Positions 50,683-63,329 of a stretch of 64,000 bases of DNA are shown one piece after another (within the stretch, counting starts at the first letter, position 1; every line of letters begins with the position of its first letter). The notes beneath the pieces were generated by a model. It saw nothing but the letters and a program-made list of their open reading frames with translations. It did no database searches and had not been told where the DNA came from. The stretch is from Utricularia gibba (Eukaryota > Plantae > Magnoliophyta): contig NEEC01000008.1 in assembly GCA_002189035.1 (NCBI GenBank), positions 62,001-126,000 on the forward strand, given 5' to 3'. Both the position numbers and the translations under genes were made by a program.

Positions 50683-52544
50683 GGCAGTGGGCTTTGGGTC
50701 CATAGTTGAACAGATCTCAGCCAATTTAATTTCTCATCACTTGAACCTGGAGAAGGAGCCCTTTTTGAAGAGACCAACTCCTCCAAAGCTGGTCCTTCAC
50801 TGGATGTGCGTTCACAACTGTCGGATTGCCCCAGAAAGTTGTATGCACTTGAACCAAACAACTGCCGCTTGCACATTTCAATAGCTGAGTGCGCGTATAA
50901 AATCAAGCATCAGAAAAAAGTAATCATCCGAGCGCAATCCCCCAAATCTGCAAGGATTTCCCCAACCGCACAGAGAAACCCAAATCCTTGAAGTTGGCTT
51001 ACGTACCTCGAGTAAGAATCTGATAAGAAAGAGGGAGTTGGCGCTGGAAAACCTGGATCTTTCTACGCTCTTCTTCCAGAGAGTGGAGGTAACTCTGCAT
51101 ACTCACCATCGACTCCTCGCCCCGATGGTCAATTCGCAGACGAAAGAGAAAAAATCAAGATTCCTGAAGGGATGGGGGAAGGGAAAGTTTCGAGGGCGTG
51201 GCGTGGCGTACAGACGAATCTGGAACGTTGGGTGGGTCGGTGGCTTGAATATTCAAGGGATGCGATTCTTTGCTGACGCGGCACGGAGACCAGATAAGAG
51301 CGACCACGGGAGCGCCAATCTTTTTTGTCGGTGTAATAAGATGGAAGTACCATCGCCAGAATCTCAACATTTAAATCTTCTCCCAAAAATATATTGGTCA
51401 AATAATGGTATAATTAGTCAAAGAGCCCTGTACAAAATTTTCTTTATGGAATACCCCTAGTTGGTAAATATTGATCAAATAACCTTATTTTATGTATTTA
51501 TTTATTAAATAGCCTAACTTTGTTATAGTATACATTATCATATTTCTCCTATAATAAAAATATTTAATTTTTATGTATAATATAATATTAATACAAATTG
51601 ATAAAATATTATTAAAATTGAAAATTTTATTAATTCAATTAATTACTAATTAAAAAATTGTATAGAATTTACTAACATATTATAATTTATTATTGATTTA
51701 GAATTCAATTAAAAATATTATTAATTAAACAATCGTATATAAATTATTAATTATTTATCTTCAAAAATTTTCACTAATAAAGCTAAAAAATTCATCTATA
51801 TATATATTTTTTACTTAATATAAATAGGAAAAATATTCAAACTATACTTTAACAATACTAATAATTTGAATGCAAATACATATTAATAAAGCATTGGAAA
51901 AAATAGTATAATTTATTTGAAAAATCTCTATTTTTGAAAAATATTACTGAATAGACTTATTATTCTAGATATCAATTTATGATGATGAGCTGACTTCAGC
52001 CTGATACAAATGTCTTGTAATGATGATCCTACTCCATAAGTGGTGTATAGAGGAATAAATATCTAACATTTGAATCGAATGTGTTCATCATATTCCACAA
52101 TCAAGGGAGGGAATTTCGATATATATGAGGAATGCCATGTGCTTTGGGATACTCAAGTATCCCTCATTTGTTGGTTTGATGTTCATTGTCTTGAGTTTGG
52201 AGATTGACCTGATGTTTTGTAGTGTGATAAATCAACTACGCAGTTCATTTGTCCATGTGTTCTAGTCGTTGTATCTTGTCCAAAATGACGATGTTCACCT
52301 AATCTGGTTGGATTTAATACCAACAAGATGGAAACATCATTCCACTCTGATTCATCTCATATGGGGTTAAAGTTGTTTGAGTACATAGCAACAAATGACT
52401 TCATTGAGTACAATCTATCGATAACCTTATGTGGAGGTATAATGAAGGAATGAGATGCCTATATGATAAAGAAAATTAGATGTTGAAGTAGATACGCTCT
52501 TATGACATGAAAATAGAGATGAGCCTATTATTCATGATTGCATG

Positions 52545-52725
52545 TAGAGGTGGGTTCGGTTCGAACCGTCGTTCCGGTTTCAGTTTGATTCCAGGAGATC
52601 AATGTCCGTACGGTTCCGGTTCGGTTCAAGGTTTGGGATACGGTTCCGAATTAAAACTGGAACCGTTGCCCACGATGAACCGCGGTTTTGGAACTGGCGG
52701 TTCGTTGGAATTGAACCCACCTCTA
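52545..52725. mobile_element. hAT-family MITE (181 bp)
   Basis: Perfect 13-bp TIR TAGAGGTGGGTTC and perfect 8-bp TSD ATTGCATG. Internal GGTTC/GAACC motifs. Confidence 0.93.
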
Positions 52726-54500
52726 ATTGCATGGAACTCGATAAATTACCAGAAACTATAGTTGCATGTTCTATTAGAAATATTGATGATGTGGATAAAT
52801 CTATGTGTAAGACCAATCTCAAATACAAAGGTTGTCATCATGACTTGACTATACTCTACAACTTATATGCTAGAAGATTATTAGAGCCTAACTGAAAGAG
52901 CTCTTCACCATTTTCTACAAACTTAATTTGTTGACGAACCATCTGATGAGTAACGATGGCCCTGTCTATAAAGTACTAAATTGCTTTGTTGAATGTTAAT
53001 TGCAGTTTTTAGAAGATCAATGTATTATGAACATACAAACCACATATCATTTACAAAGAAGATTAATGTAGGACTAGCAAGTTCAGATCAATCCACAGAG
53101 AGCAATCAATTTTAATTGTTCATTCTATGCATAAGCAAAATTAAGCAGAGGGATTTGTTAGATAGTGGGTTACTATTCTAGCTACAATTAATAAAAGGCT
53201 TATGCTAGCTCCTAACCTAAAAGCAGAAAAGTTAGTACATAAATCGGCATTTCAAGCAATAAACAATATTCATTACACTTAATTCGAAATTAAACTATGC
53301 TTGACTGAATTAAAATTCATCTACATATTTCTAGGTTCTAAGTGTGCATGCAACATTAACTAAAACAAGAATCACAACACTTTCTTTCGAGCAGAAGGTT
53401 TAATTACCAAGCTGTTAAAAGTGTAAAATGCTAATGTCATGCAAATGTAAAGAATTGAAAGTGCAGAAAATATAAATATGCGGAAAAATTAATTGTTAAG
53501 CATGTTATTCACATTCTTTTTGAACAGCTAGTTGCAAGACTTCTTCTCCTTCCATCTGCACCTCGAACTTGCTCCACAAAAATTTCTATACACTGAAGTT
53601 TTGTTCAAATGTCATGTTGGAACTCCTCTTCATCTCTCGTCAGAAAATGCAGTTCTTTTGCTATCGCCATTCTACTCCAAAAGTCTTAGGAAATTCTCCT
53701 TCTCTTCTATTGACATTATAATTGCACTTTTGGATGTTAGAGATTAGTTTCAATGTCCTTGAACTTTTCTTCTTTTGCCTTCTTCCTCTAAAAGTCATTG
53801 AAGATTCTTCTTTAAGGAGAGCTCCCCTATTAGTTCCATCCAGAATTGCCTTCTTCCTCTAAAAGTCATTGAAGATGTTAGAGGTTCCATCCAGAATTGC
53901 TCTCTTTTCATTCTGATTTTTTTTTCTTTTATACATGTAGTTAGATCATACTAGTTTGCCCCTCATCATAGCAGTCAAAGTTGTTAGTATCTTACTTTGT
54001 AACTATACAAGATCTATTTAGATGACGTAGTCCAACCCAAATGGGCTGGACCCATATTGACTCCGAGGAATAGTAGGCTCACGTTAGCATCGGATAAAAG
54101 AGAAATTGAGAGTATTCAAGTTTAATTCATACAAAATTGGAGTCAATAAGCTTTGTGCTATTCCCTCTTCGAATTGAAACATTTATACTGATAAAAGAAA
54201 AAATTTTACAATCGTTGCAAGAACTGAAATCTTCGTATCAAACAACTTTATAATCCTTAATCCTTACAAAATATAAATTAAGCACAAAATGTAAGGTGGA
54301 ATTCGGGGTCGATCACATGGAATGGGTGCTTGAAAAGTGTTTTAGTAGATGTAGAATTCAGAATAAACATTGTTCTTAGTCTAACGTCAAATTAGCAGTA
54401 ACAAACAAATTTGTTAATTAAGGTCATTTTGCAGAGCAGAAAATAACAAGTGTTGATTCTAAGTACATATTAATATTAAGATGCCACAAGGATGTGCAGG

Positions 54501-55052
54501 TAGAGATAAAAGTTGGGCCGGGCCGACCCTATTTCAGAGGGCCTCGTCAAGTTTTGGGCTAGGGCCGGGCTAAAGCCCGATTACACAAAATATGATTAGC
54601 ATGGCCCTAGCCCGATTATTCATTGGGCCGGGCTGGCCCTCACTAGCCCATGGGCCTATCATGTAATAAATAAAAAATTATAAAAAATATTAAACATTAA
54701 TATATATATTTTTAATATTATTTAAATAATTTATAGAAAAAAATTTAAAATTATTATATAAATTATTAATTCATATTATCTATTCTAAAAATAAAATAAT
54801 GCATATAAAATGAATTTTAATTATAAAAACATTAAAATTAATTATAATTATCATATATAAAAATCATATTTTTAAATTAGTCCTAGGCCCGTCGGGCTTT
54901 AAGGCCTGAAGCCCAATCGGCCCTAAGGGCTTAGGACTTCGGGCCAAAAAGCCCGGGAATCTTTCAAGTCATTAATATACAGGCCCAAGCCCAATGTTTT
55001 TGAGGGTCGGGCGGGGCCGGCCCACGGGCTTGGGGTTTAACTTTCATCCTTA
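54501..55052. mobile_element. Non-autonomous hAT element (552 bp)
   Basis: TIR 11/14 (TAGAGATAAAAGTT vs TAAGGATGAAAGTT) and perfect 8-bp TSD TGTGCAGG. GGGCC-rich subtermini around an AT-rich core. Confidence 0.9.
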
Positions 55053-56310
55053 TGTGCAGGTCATGTGGTACTAAGGTTCCTAATTTAATTTATAAGATTT
55101 CTATACTCACAACTTTAAACAACTTAAGTCTATCAAGATCATTCATCAGGTTTTCGATTAATATAGTTTCCAATATCTTCACCAACGTTGCAATTAGGTC
55201 TAGCTGCACGCAAAGTGTATAGAACTAAGTCTAGTTGGTTCTATTGGTTCTACCTTGAACTAATACCTACTATCCTCGCTTTGATTTGTTGCTTTACCTC
55301 TAAATCAAGCATTTGAGTTACGAAGCTACTTGTTTCCCATTTAGGTCTATCCAAGGAATAATAGAAACAATGACCAATTATATTATAAACCCAAACCTCA
55401 CATCATCATTCTACACCTCAAGGTATTCATAAGATTTAGCTACTCATGTATGGAAAATAAAACAAGATTTCGTAGTTATAAATTAAAGAGTTTATCCCAA
55501 ACATTGTCAAACAAGTAGTAAATGGAAGTAAAGTGTTTAGCAAACTAAGCAAATAAAGTGTTCCGTTTCCGTTTGCTACTGTTCACAGTGTGAAACATGG
55601 CACTTAATTGGGTTTCTGTGCTTGCTCTTTACATGTGAGGTTTTTCTGGAAAATCATCTTCTTCTTCCTTCTTTCGTGTTATTTCTCCCCTTCTGGGGCC
55701 TGGTTGTGTTCTCTTTCTTCTTCTCTCTCCAAAAATATCTTCACTTCTTTTTTTTTTCATTTTTCAAAGTTAGTACACTGATCTTGACATCCGTACTGTT
55801 CTTGGTTTGAACCTGCAGACTACAGGCAGTAGAATAGTGCATTATGTCTCCTCTTTTAATATTGCCCATTCTTCTAAATCTATACATGCACGAGATTCAT
55901 ATCTTCTTCCTAATTTTAGAACTTTACTACTAGACTACAAAAAAGGTTAATAACGTGGAATAGGCTAAATCAAAGAACTCAGCCCATTAATACATAAAAT
56001 CATATTATGTCTTAAATTTGGTAAAATACTAAAAACTATAAAATAAAAACTTAAAACATGATTCAAAAGCATAATTTTTTTATTCGAAAAATAGGAAAAT
56101 TTGTGTGTTATTATACTATACTATAACGATACTAGACTTGTCCTCAAGTCTAAACTAAGACTAATAGAGTCCTATTTTCGAAATTATTTATGATAGATAT
56201 GAATGACCATGTTTAGATTTCAGATGCATGAACCATAAGTGTGATTGTGTGCAAAATAGGAAACACTCCAACATGCATGAATTCTTGGAGGGTGATATTT
56301 CAAAGATTAA

Positions 56311-56564
56311 TGCCTTGTTTGATATAAGGATATAAGGTTGGTTTATGATAAATTTAATAAAATTGTATTGTTTGATATGTGGGTATAATTATACCTTATA
56401 TATAGGTATAATGATTATTATACCCATATAATACCCTCATATATGGGTATATGTATACCCAGGGAGGAGGGGTATGGGTATTTTTATACCCACATATTTG
56501 GGTTTAGCTAAACCCAAATAATGTAAATCCACTAATACCTAAAACACATCAACTAAACAAGGCC
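56311..56564. mobile_element. Tourist-like (PIF/Harbinger) MITE (254 bp)
   Basis: TIR (T/G)GCCTTGTTT with TAA on both sides (56308-56310, 56565-56567). Confidence 0.82.
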
Positions 56565-56789
56565 TAAGGGTATAGTATGTGTGACTTTTTCATAACTTCT
56601 ACTTAATTCGTAAATAGAAGTTATTAGAAAAGTAAATGACAAATAAGTAGTAGTGGTCTACGATGTTTATTGTTTAAGTAAAAGTTATTTTTAAATAGTT
56701 GGAAGTAGATTAAATAAGTATGAGTAGATTATAAATTACGTTTATATCTTTATTTTACATATCAAATACCATATGTTTAATTATGTTAA

Positions 56790-58070
56790 AGATAATGCAT
56801 TGAAATGAGAAACATAACTTGCAAGAATTCATTACATTACATTCTTCTTCTATTATAAGCTGTCCATAGCTCATCCGCAATAGATTCTTGTAGAATATCC
56901 ATGGGTTGGTCCATACTCTCATCCTTATTTTCTTCTTCAAGGTCAACATCCTCTTCTTCACCATGCTCTTTGTGTTTTAAGTTTGACAATTGAGAGCCAT
57001 CATCATCCGCATTAACATGACGCAACTAATTATAAATGACCATTGTGGCTCCAACAATTCTTACTTGATGCTTAAATTTCATATTTGTTGGAACATCATT
57101 CACCATATAAAATCTTTTCTTCCAGACACCGAAACACCTTTCAATAACACATTGAAGACTAGAATGTCGATGGTTAAAGCATTCACGCTTATTCATGTAA
57201 CCTCCTTGAGTACATCGATGAAAGTTTGGTAGATGATACCTCTCACGTCGATATGGTGCCATAAAACCTATTGTATTCACAAAGCCTGCATCGACAACAT
57301 AATACATACCTTTAGGGATGGTTGGGAAGTTGAGGTTTGGCTTGCTTAGATAGTTTCTCAGAATTTTACTATCATGACTTATGCCTTCATAACCAGCCAT
57401 AATATACGTGAATCGCATATCAAAGTCACAAACAGCCAAAACATTTTGAGTGGGATATCCTTTATGTCCAGTGAAACATGCCTTCTCATTTTCGGGAACA
57501 CAAGCTTTAATATGGGTACCATTTATAGCTCCGATGCAGTTCCTAAAACATGAATATTTAGAGTTATTCATGAAAAAGGGATGAACCTGTGTGTTGTCGT
57601 GCTTTGGGGTAATCCAATACTTCACCATCCTATCGCATGCCTTAAGCACATTATGAAATAAAGTATGAATGGTATCTCTTCCCCGACCAAAGAATTCTTG
57701 TAAACTAGAATAATCTTCTGTTTTGTCCACCCTACAAAAGAAAATAGCGACTTCCTCCTTGATAGGGATGTATTTGCGCTTTTGTAAACCATACTCATTT
57801 ACAAGCAACTCATAAAATCTTAGGAAGATGGTGCTATGCATATGCAACTCAAAGTATGCTCGAATGTCCATTGAGCATCGATAGTAGCAAATCCCATCCG
57901 CTCTTGGCTCGATTGTAAATTGGTTGCTTAAACAAATATTGTTCATGATAATCTTGAAGAAGTTTCATCTAACGCATTTGTGTTGCAATGAATTTAGCCC
58001 TTTGACGTCTTGCCGCTCCCTCTTCATCGTCTGAAAAATCATCATATGTAGGATTGGAGGAAGATGCCAT
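56790..58070 (-). pseudogene. PIF/Harbinger DDE transposase, disrupted
   Basis: CIGAINGTH (first catalytic D replaced by N), QNVLAVCDFDMRF, HDSKIL, YYVVDAGF, IERCFGVWKKRF. The N terminus has a stop and a frameshift. Confidence 0.9.
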
Positions 58071-58132
58071 ATCAACGAGATTTAGGTTTGGGTAGAATTT
58101 TGAACCTCAAGCTTAGTATTTATAAAATCAGA

Positions 58133-58399
58133 TGTGTTTTCTCGAATCTCGAGGTTCAATCTGACAAATCCTAAGTTAAAAAAACCAGCTGTCAATGTTT
58201 GTGTTTTCTCGAATCTCGAGGTTCAATTTGACAAATCCCAAGGTAAAAAAACAATCTCTCAATATTTATGTTTTCTCAAATCTCGAGGTTCAATATGAGA
58301 AATCCTAAGGTAAAAAAACCAGCTCTCAATATTTGTGTTTTCTCGTATCTCGAGGATCAATATGACAAATCCTGAGGTAAAAAACCTACTCTCAATGTT
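58133..58399 (+). repeat. Tandem repeat, 4 x 67 bp
   Basis: Units start at 58133, 58200, 58267 and 58334 with core TGTGTTTTCTCGAATCTCGAGGTTCAAT. Confidence 0.92.
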
Positions 58400-58525
58400 C
58401 GTACCCTATTTTTCAAAATGCATGAAAATCAATTCAAAAAAAACCACACAAAAATAAAATATTACAACTCAATATCCTAATGAAAACTAAGAAAGACAAT
58501 GTTCAATTCAAAATACATTACATAT

Positions 58526-59600
58526 CTAGAGAAACTTTGATGGAGAAGTAGCATCAGACCTTGTTGCGGAGACATCATTGAATCCCAAGCTAAAACAAAC
58601 ATGTTCTTCGGCCTCTTGTTCAATAAACTTGCACAGATTTTCGGGTTTGGTCAAGGACATAAAAACCTCTCGGATGTTCCTATATTTGAATAATTTTAGA
58701 GCATTCATGTAGGTTCTACTACCATTTTCAATGGTAGCAATGTTGTCAAGGAGCTGAACACACTTCTCAATTGAAAACCTCAAAGCTTATGTACTCTCTA
58801 TTCCAATCTTTGCAAAAGCAGCAGCCATCACCTCTGAAGACTCAGCAATTCGATCAATGTTGCTCCCTTTCGAAGATCTTTTCCTTCTTGGATTCATCAT
58901 CCGACCTATACTTTGAACCGGAGTTGCCTCCTTAGAATATAGAGTCCTTATCTCAGGTGGGGTATGCATTGTTTCGAATGTTTGAGGAAATTCATCAGCA
59001 TCTAATGTATTTTTAGGTGAAAGTAGATCATCCATTAGCCTAAGTGGCTCGTTGTTAGAGAGATGAATATCTATAGCCTGTGCATAGCGCTTCACACCAT
59101 AATGTATAATTGAATCAAACTATTGAGCTAATAACTCTTGATATAGAGGTGTTTTATCTTCAAACTTTTTGAATGCTGGATTTTCCTGAAAATAAACATA
59201 AAAGATCAGTTTGATATCGAAAAAAATAAAAATAACATTGCATCATAAAAATTCATTTCAAGTAAAGAAAACTTACATAAATACGATTAGCCCACCATTG
59301 TGTATCCATATTTATAATCCCATTTGGATGAAATCCAATACCAGAACTATCAACCAATTTTTTCCAAAGTGTCCATTCAGTGTGAAGCTAATTGTGGCGA
59401 TTCTTGATGCACTTCATGTTGTAGTCAGTTTGACATTTTTTATTGACGGCGTTCTTTATACTCTCCCAACCAATAGGCCTAAATGTTGTTGTTGGTCAGT
59501 TACATTAGGTAATCTCATTAATCATTGCTTCCAAGATAACATAAGTTCTATTGGTATCCCACTTGGCTCTTATAACCATTCTTTTAACTAGAACTTTGCC
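58526..59600 (-). pseudogene. PIF/Harbinger ORF1 Myb/SANT-like DNA-binding protein, disrupted
   Basis: Manual translation gives RAKWDTNRT...GWESIK...IKNRHN*LHTEWTLWKKLVDSSGIGF and C-terminal FSIEKCVQLL...REVFMSL. Internal stops. Confidence 0.78.
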
Positions 59601-61859
59601 CCAATTATTTTCCATCTGTTAAATAACACAAATGCAACATAAATAACACAAATAAATATAAATAACACAAATACAACATAAACTAGTATGATTTGCATCA
59701 GAAAATTTCCTCATATGATACAAAAAGAAAGCATCATAAGGTTGTCTGCAACTTAAATTGGTAATGTATTAGCTTACTTGAACATATAGACATCAAAAAA
59801 TTTCCATATATGATACAAAAAATTGTGAAAACATATATAAATCAATAACACATGTAAAAAACTAATATAGCATTTTGTACTATCAATATAGATTCAATGA
59901 AGGTCTAAAGGGTTGAAATCATCCAAAACATAGAATTTTCTCAAATCTCTATAACAGCAAGACTTGATAACGCAACGAAGGTCATGGAGGCTCAAAAGCA
60001 AGCAATAATTGAAATAAAAAATAATAATTTCCACAGGGCAGTTTGCTGCATCCAAATAACCCTTGGAGTTAAGGAAGATTGAGTAGTCCTAGGGAACCTT
60101 TGTCGCCAATCAATACGAATGCCAAAAATAAAAAATGACCCCCCTGCTTCGGTGCTCTCTTCTGCATCTTTAGACCTAGTGGCTGGGCTGGTAAGGAGAT
60201 CAAATCCATCGTGGTCCAATTCAAGAGGGTTCATTTATTATAAATAATGATGCAGTGTTGTCCTCTACAAAGGGTAGAAATGGAAAATTTTTTCAGAAGT
60301 TGTTGCTTATGAAAATTAGTAACATTTTGGTGACTTATGAAATAAGTCAAAAAAAAAAAGTTGATTGTAGTGTAAAATTTAATAAGTAGTTATTGAGTAA
60401 AAGTTAAAGTAAAAGTTAAAAAAAGTAGAAGTTGAAGTAGTGTGTAAATCAATTTTTTTTACTTGTACTTTAAGTTATAAGTAAAAAAAATAAGTAACGC
60501 AAGCTACATCCTAAAATAATGAATTCATATATTCAAAGCAGGCAAAGATTGTGATTGTCAACTCGGTATTTTTTTTTCGTCTCTTGCATCTGATGGAATC
60601 AGAAGTTTAAAGAAAACATTATAAAAAGTTTAAAGAAAATAAATTGCAAATATCCCAAACGAAAATTTAGCCAATCAAATTCATTCATAAGTCAGACTTT
60701 GCTACTGATGGAATCAGAAATTGGTATATGTCATGTGGAGAAGAGATCATCACCGATGTCAATTCGGAAACTTGAACAAGACACATAATGGAAACAAAAA
60801 TCAGCTGTGAGAAGAGAATACATAATCGTGTTTTGCAGGATGAAATCTACAAAGCGGCATGGATCAGACTCTGACAACCGATAAAGTAGATAGGTGCCTA
60901 CAGGAATAGGATAAGGACAACATCTGGCCTTAGCCATTTCAACAGAGTCTGAAAAGCACCTGACTTGTAGGAATCTAGAGTAGGCGGTGATTATCTGTCA
61001 ATAGGACCACATCTGTGAGCGGCCACATTATAGTAGAAAGTAGCTAACATCTACGAAAATCAGTTGGCCAAGCATCTAATATAAATAGGAGAATGTTTTG
61101 GGAAAAATGGATTCTGCATGACTTGGAGTCCTTGTAAACCCTCTTTTTCCTTTCCTTTGTGAAATCCACTTCTCCGGTGAGCTATTCCAACTCCATGATT
61201 TTCCATCCCAGTGGTTTCCACATAAAAAATATGTGACCCTTTCTTATTTGTTTCACACATAACTATACATCAGACATCCACTATTGATTTAACACCACAA
61301 AATCAGACTCATCACAAAACCCATTTTAAACCATAATCGCTTCCTTCTTAGGATGCTCTTAACTTAAGCATTCGATCTATTTTCCAATCTTGCGACTGCT
61401 TCTTCCAACTTGGTTACCATTATAGTGCATCTACAAGTCAGTCTATCTTCACTCTTTGTTGGTGCCAACTACCACAATACTATTGTGGCTTCTTCAATGA
61501 TTGGTACATGAAGAAGCTCCTTGTACTCCCTTTTCTTCTCTTGAGGGATTGCAAACATGTAATATCCCCCTTTCTTCTACATTATTTCTACATTCTTATT
61601 GAAAGCAATATCAATGAGAAGACCGAGTTCTCCATAATTTAAGTTCATCCAGAATGGCATAGAGTTTTGGCACAATCGAACATCAATAAGAGTTGTGAAA
61701 TGTCTAAATCGAAGGGAGACTACTCTTTGTCTTCCAACTTCTTACTGATCAAACCAGCAATTAGAGTACCAATGTTCAATTTCTTTTTAAAAGCAATGCA
61801 CCAAATTACAAATGTTTGTTCTTGTATTCTAGATTTACATTTTCCCAGAATTGCTTGGG

Positions 61860-62045
61860 CTGTCAATTCTGGCCATTCTCTTTTCCGCAGAGGTAGAAGT
61901 GTAACAACAACATGATCTCCCTTGCACGGTTACATTTTAGAGGCATGGAATATAGGATGGATTTATACTTCTCGAGGAAGTTGCAACTCAGAAGCAAGAT
62001 CTTCCAGATTTCTTTTGATCTCATAAGGTCTGAAATACCTTGGAT
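61860..62045 (-). mobile_element. Decayed Ty3/gypsy integrase C-terminal fragment
   Basis: Manual translation YFRPYEIKRNLEDLASELQLPREV*IHPIFHAS resembles the GPY/F...IHPVFHVS motif. Confidence 0.55.
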
Positions 62046-62273
62046 GTATTTTTATTAAACTTGAATTAGTAAGTTAATTTTTCATAGGTATAGATACTTT
62101 ACTTGATTTTATTTTTTAATTTATACTTTATAAAATGGTATTCCTCCTCTGCAAGTGAGGACATATCAATAAAATCACAAGGTACCATTCTCGTAATTTA
62201 TTTTTAAATTTGAATCGAAAATATACCAAAATTTCACAATTTAACTGATTTTTATAGTTATTTCTTGAAAACA

Positions 62274-62457
62274 TGGTGATCAAGATGGGTTGGATTCATA
62301 GATTGGCCCATCCGATATACCCATGTAATTTGAAAGGACTTGTAGGGTTGGTTAGCCCAAGGGTGGAATCCAATGGGTCAATCCGTACATAGATACATTA
62401 TAAATTCTGATCCATTGAGTTACAAGATCTATTGGGCCTAACCTATGCCCACCACTA
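62274..62457 (-). mobile_element. hAT-like terminal fragment related to the terminus at 16434
   Basis: Reverse complement begins TAGTGGTGGGCA...GGTTAGGCCC, similar to TAGTGTTGGGCA...GGTTAGGCCC. No TSD found. Confidence 0.45.
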
Positions 62458-63329
62458 CAAGATCCATTAACTTCTACTTGTGTACAAGGTGCTACACATT
62501 CAATTTGCAGAATATGCATCTCAAATCTTTGATAAAAAGCTGGTGGTCTAGGAGCAATTGGAATACCTTCTATAGATGTCGCATATGATCTTCAAGGTTC
62601 TCAATTTAAGTCAAAATATCATTAATGAATACCAAAAATTGTCACTCGGTGTTGCACATAAATCATACCCATGTTATTTTTTTCAAGATGGGTCTTAGGA
62701 TTTAGGGTCACATAGGCACTGTTTGATTGTAAAACAAAAGTCAGTAAGATTATGCATGTTTATAGTAGACTTTTTTAAAAAATAATTATGTCTCTTGTCT
62801 TCAAATGCATGTTATTATTCTCTATACACATGTTGACGTATCATTATATCCTTACAACGACTAATTCAAAAAATTTGCATTAATATGATATGTCTATGAG
62901 AGTTTCTAAATTGAAGTACATAAGAATACTTGGATTTATTTCTTCTGAAATAAATCCAAGTATCTTACCATCTTTCGCCACTTCAAAACCCAAGTTGAAA
63001 TTATTTTCAACAAAATATTAGTCTTTTGCATGGTGATGGTGGGGGTGATTATAATTTCAATGATTTCAAATATGTTCTCAAAGACAACAATATTCTGCAT
63101 CACTCTACTTGTACAGATCATTTAGTGTAAAATGGCATAGCAAAAAGAAAACATCGTCACATCTGCGATGTGGCTTTAACATTTATGTTTCGTGCTAGAA
63201 TTCTCAATTATTTGTGGACTAAAAATTTCTATGCTACAATTTATGGTATTAACTTCTTACCTACAGCCTACTGCATGGAATCTCACCTCATGCTTTACCT
63301 CATGGTCGACTCTAGCCTTTGTTGAAACT

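Larger units (their letters stand above)
40877..51109 (-). pseudogene. NIGT1/HRS1/HHO GARP-type transcription factor interrupted by MuDR (exon 2) and copia (last exon)
   Basis: Exon 1 (51109-51007): SLEEERRKIQVFQRQLPL. Exon 2 (50884 onward): AIEMCKRQL...EGPALEE...NWLRSVQLW, with its tail resuming to the donor at 47088. GARP domain at 46975-46720: KRCWSSELH...[28 protein letters not shown], then KYRLH. The last exon resumes after the TSD and stops at 40877. Confidence 0.92.
56568..60511 (-). mobile_element. Two-gene PIF/Harbinger transposon, inactivated
   Basis: Degenerate 18-bp TIR (12/18) flanked by TAA at both ends. Carries Myb/SANT-like ORF1 and a DDE transposase, both on the minus strand. 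Confidence 0.85.

Noticed and set aside
51960-53900. Possible decayed transposon coding remnant around the hAT MITE
   Set aside because: Translations are stop-ridden and the similarity to Ulp1 or FAR1 is too weak to call.
55100-56300. Further LTR-like fragments
   Set aside because: No TG/CA ends, TSD or partner LTR could be matched.
58133-58399. CRISPR-like repeat array (also 47343-47790)
   Set aside because: The units are contiguous with no unique spacers, the context is eukaryotic and no cas genes are present.
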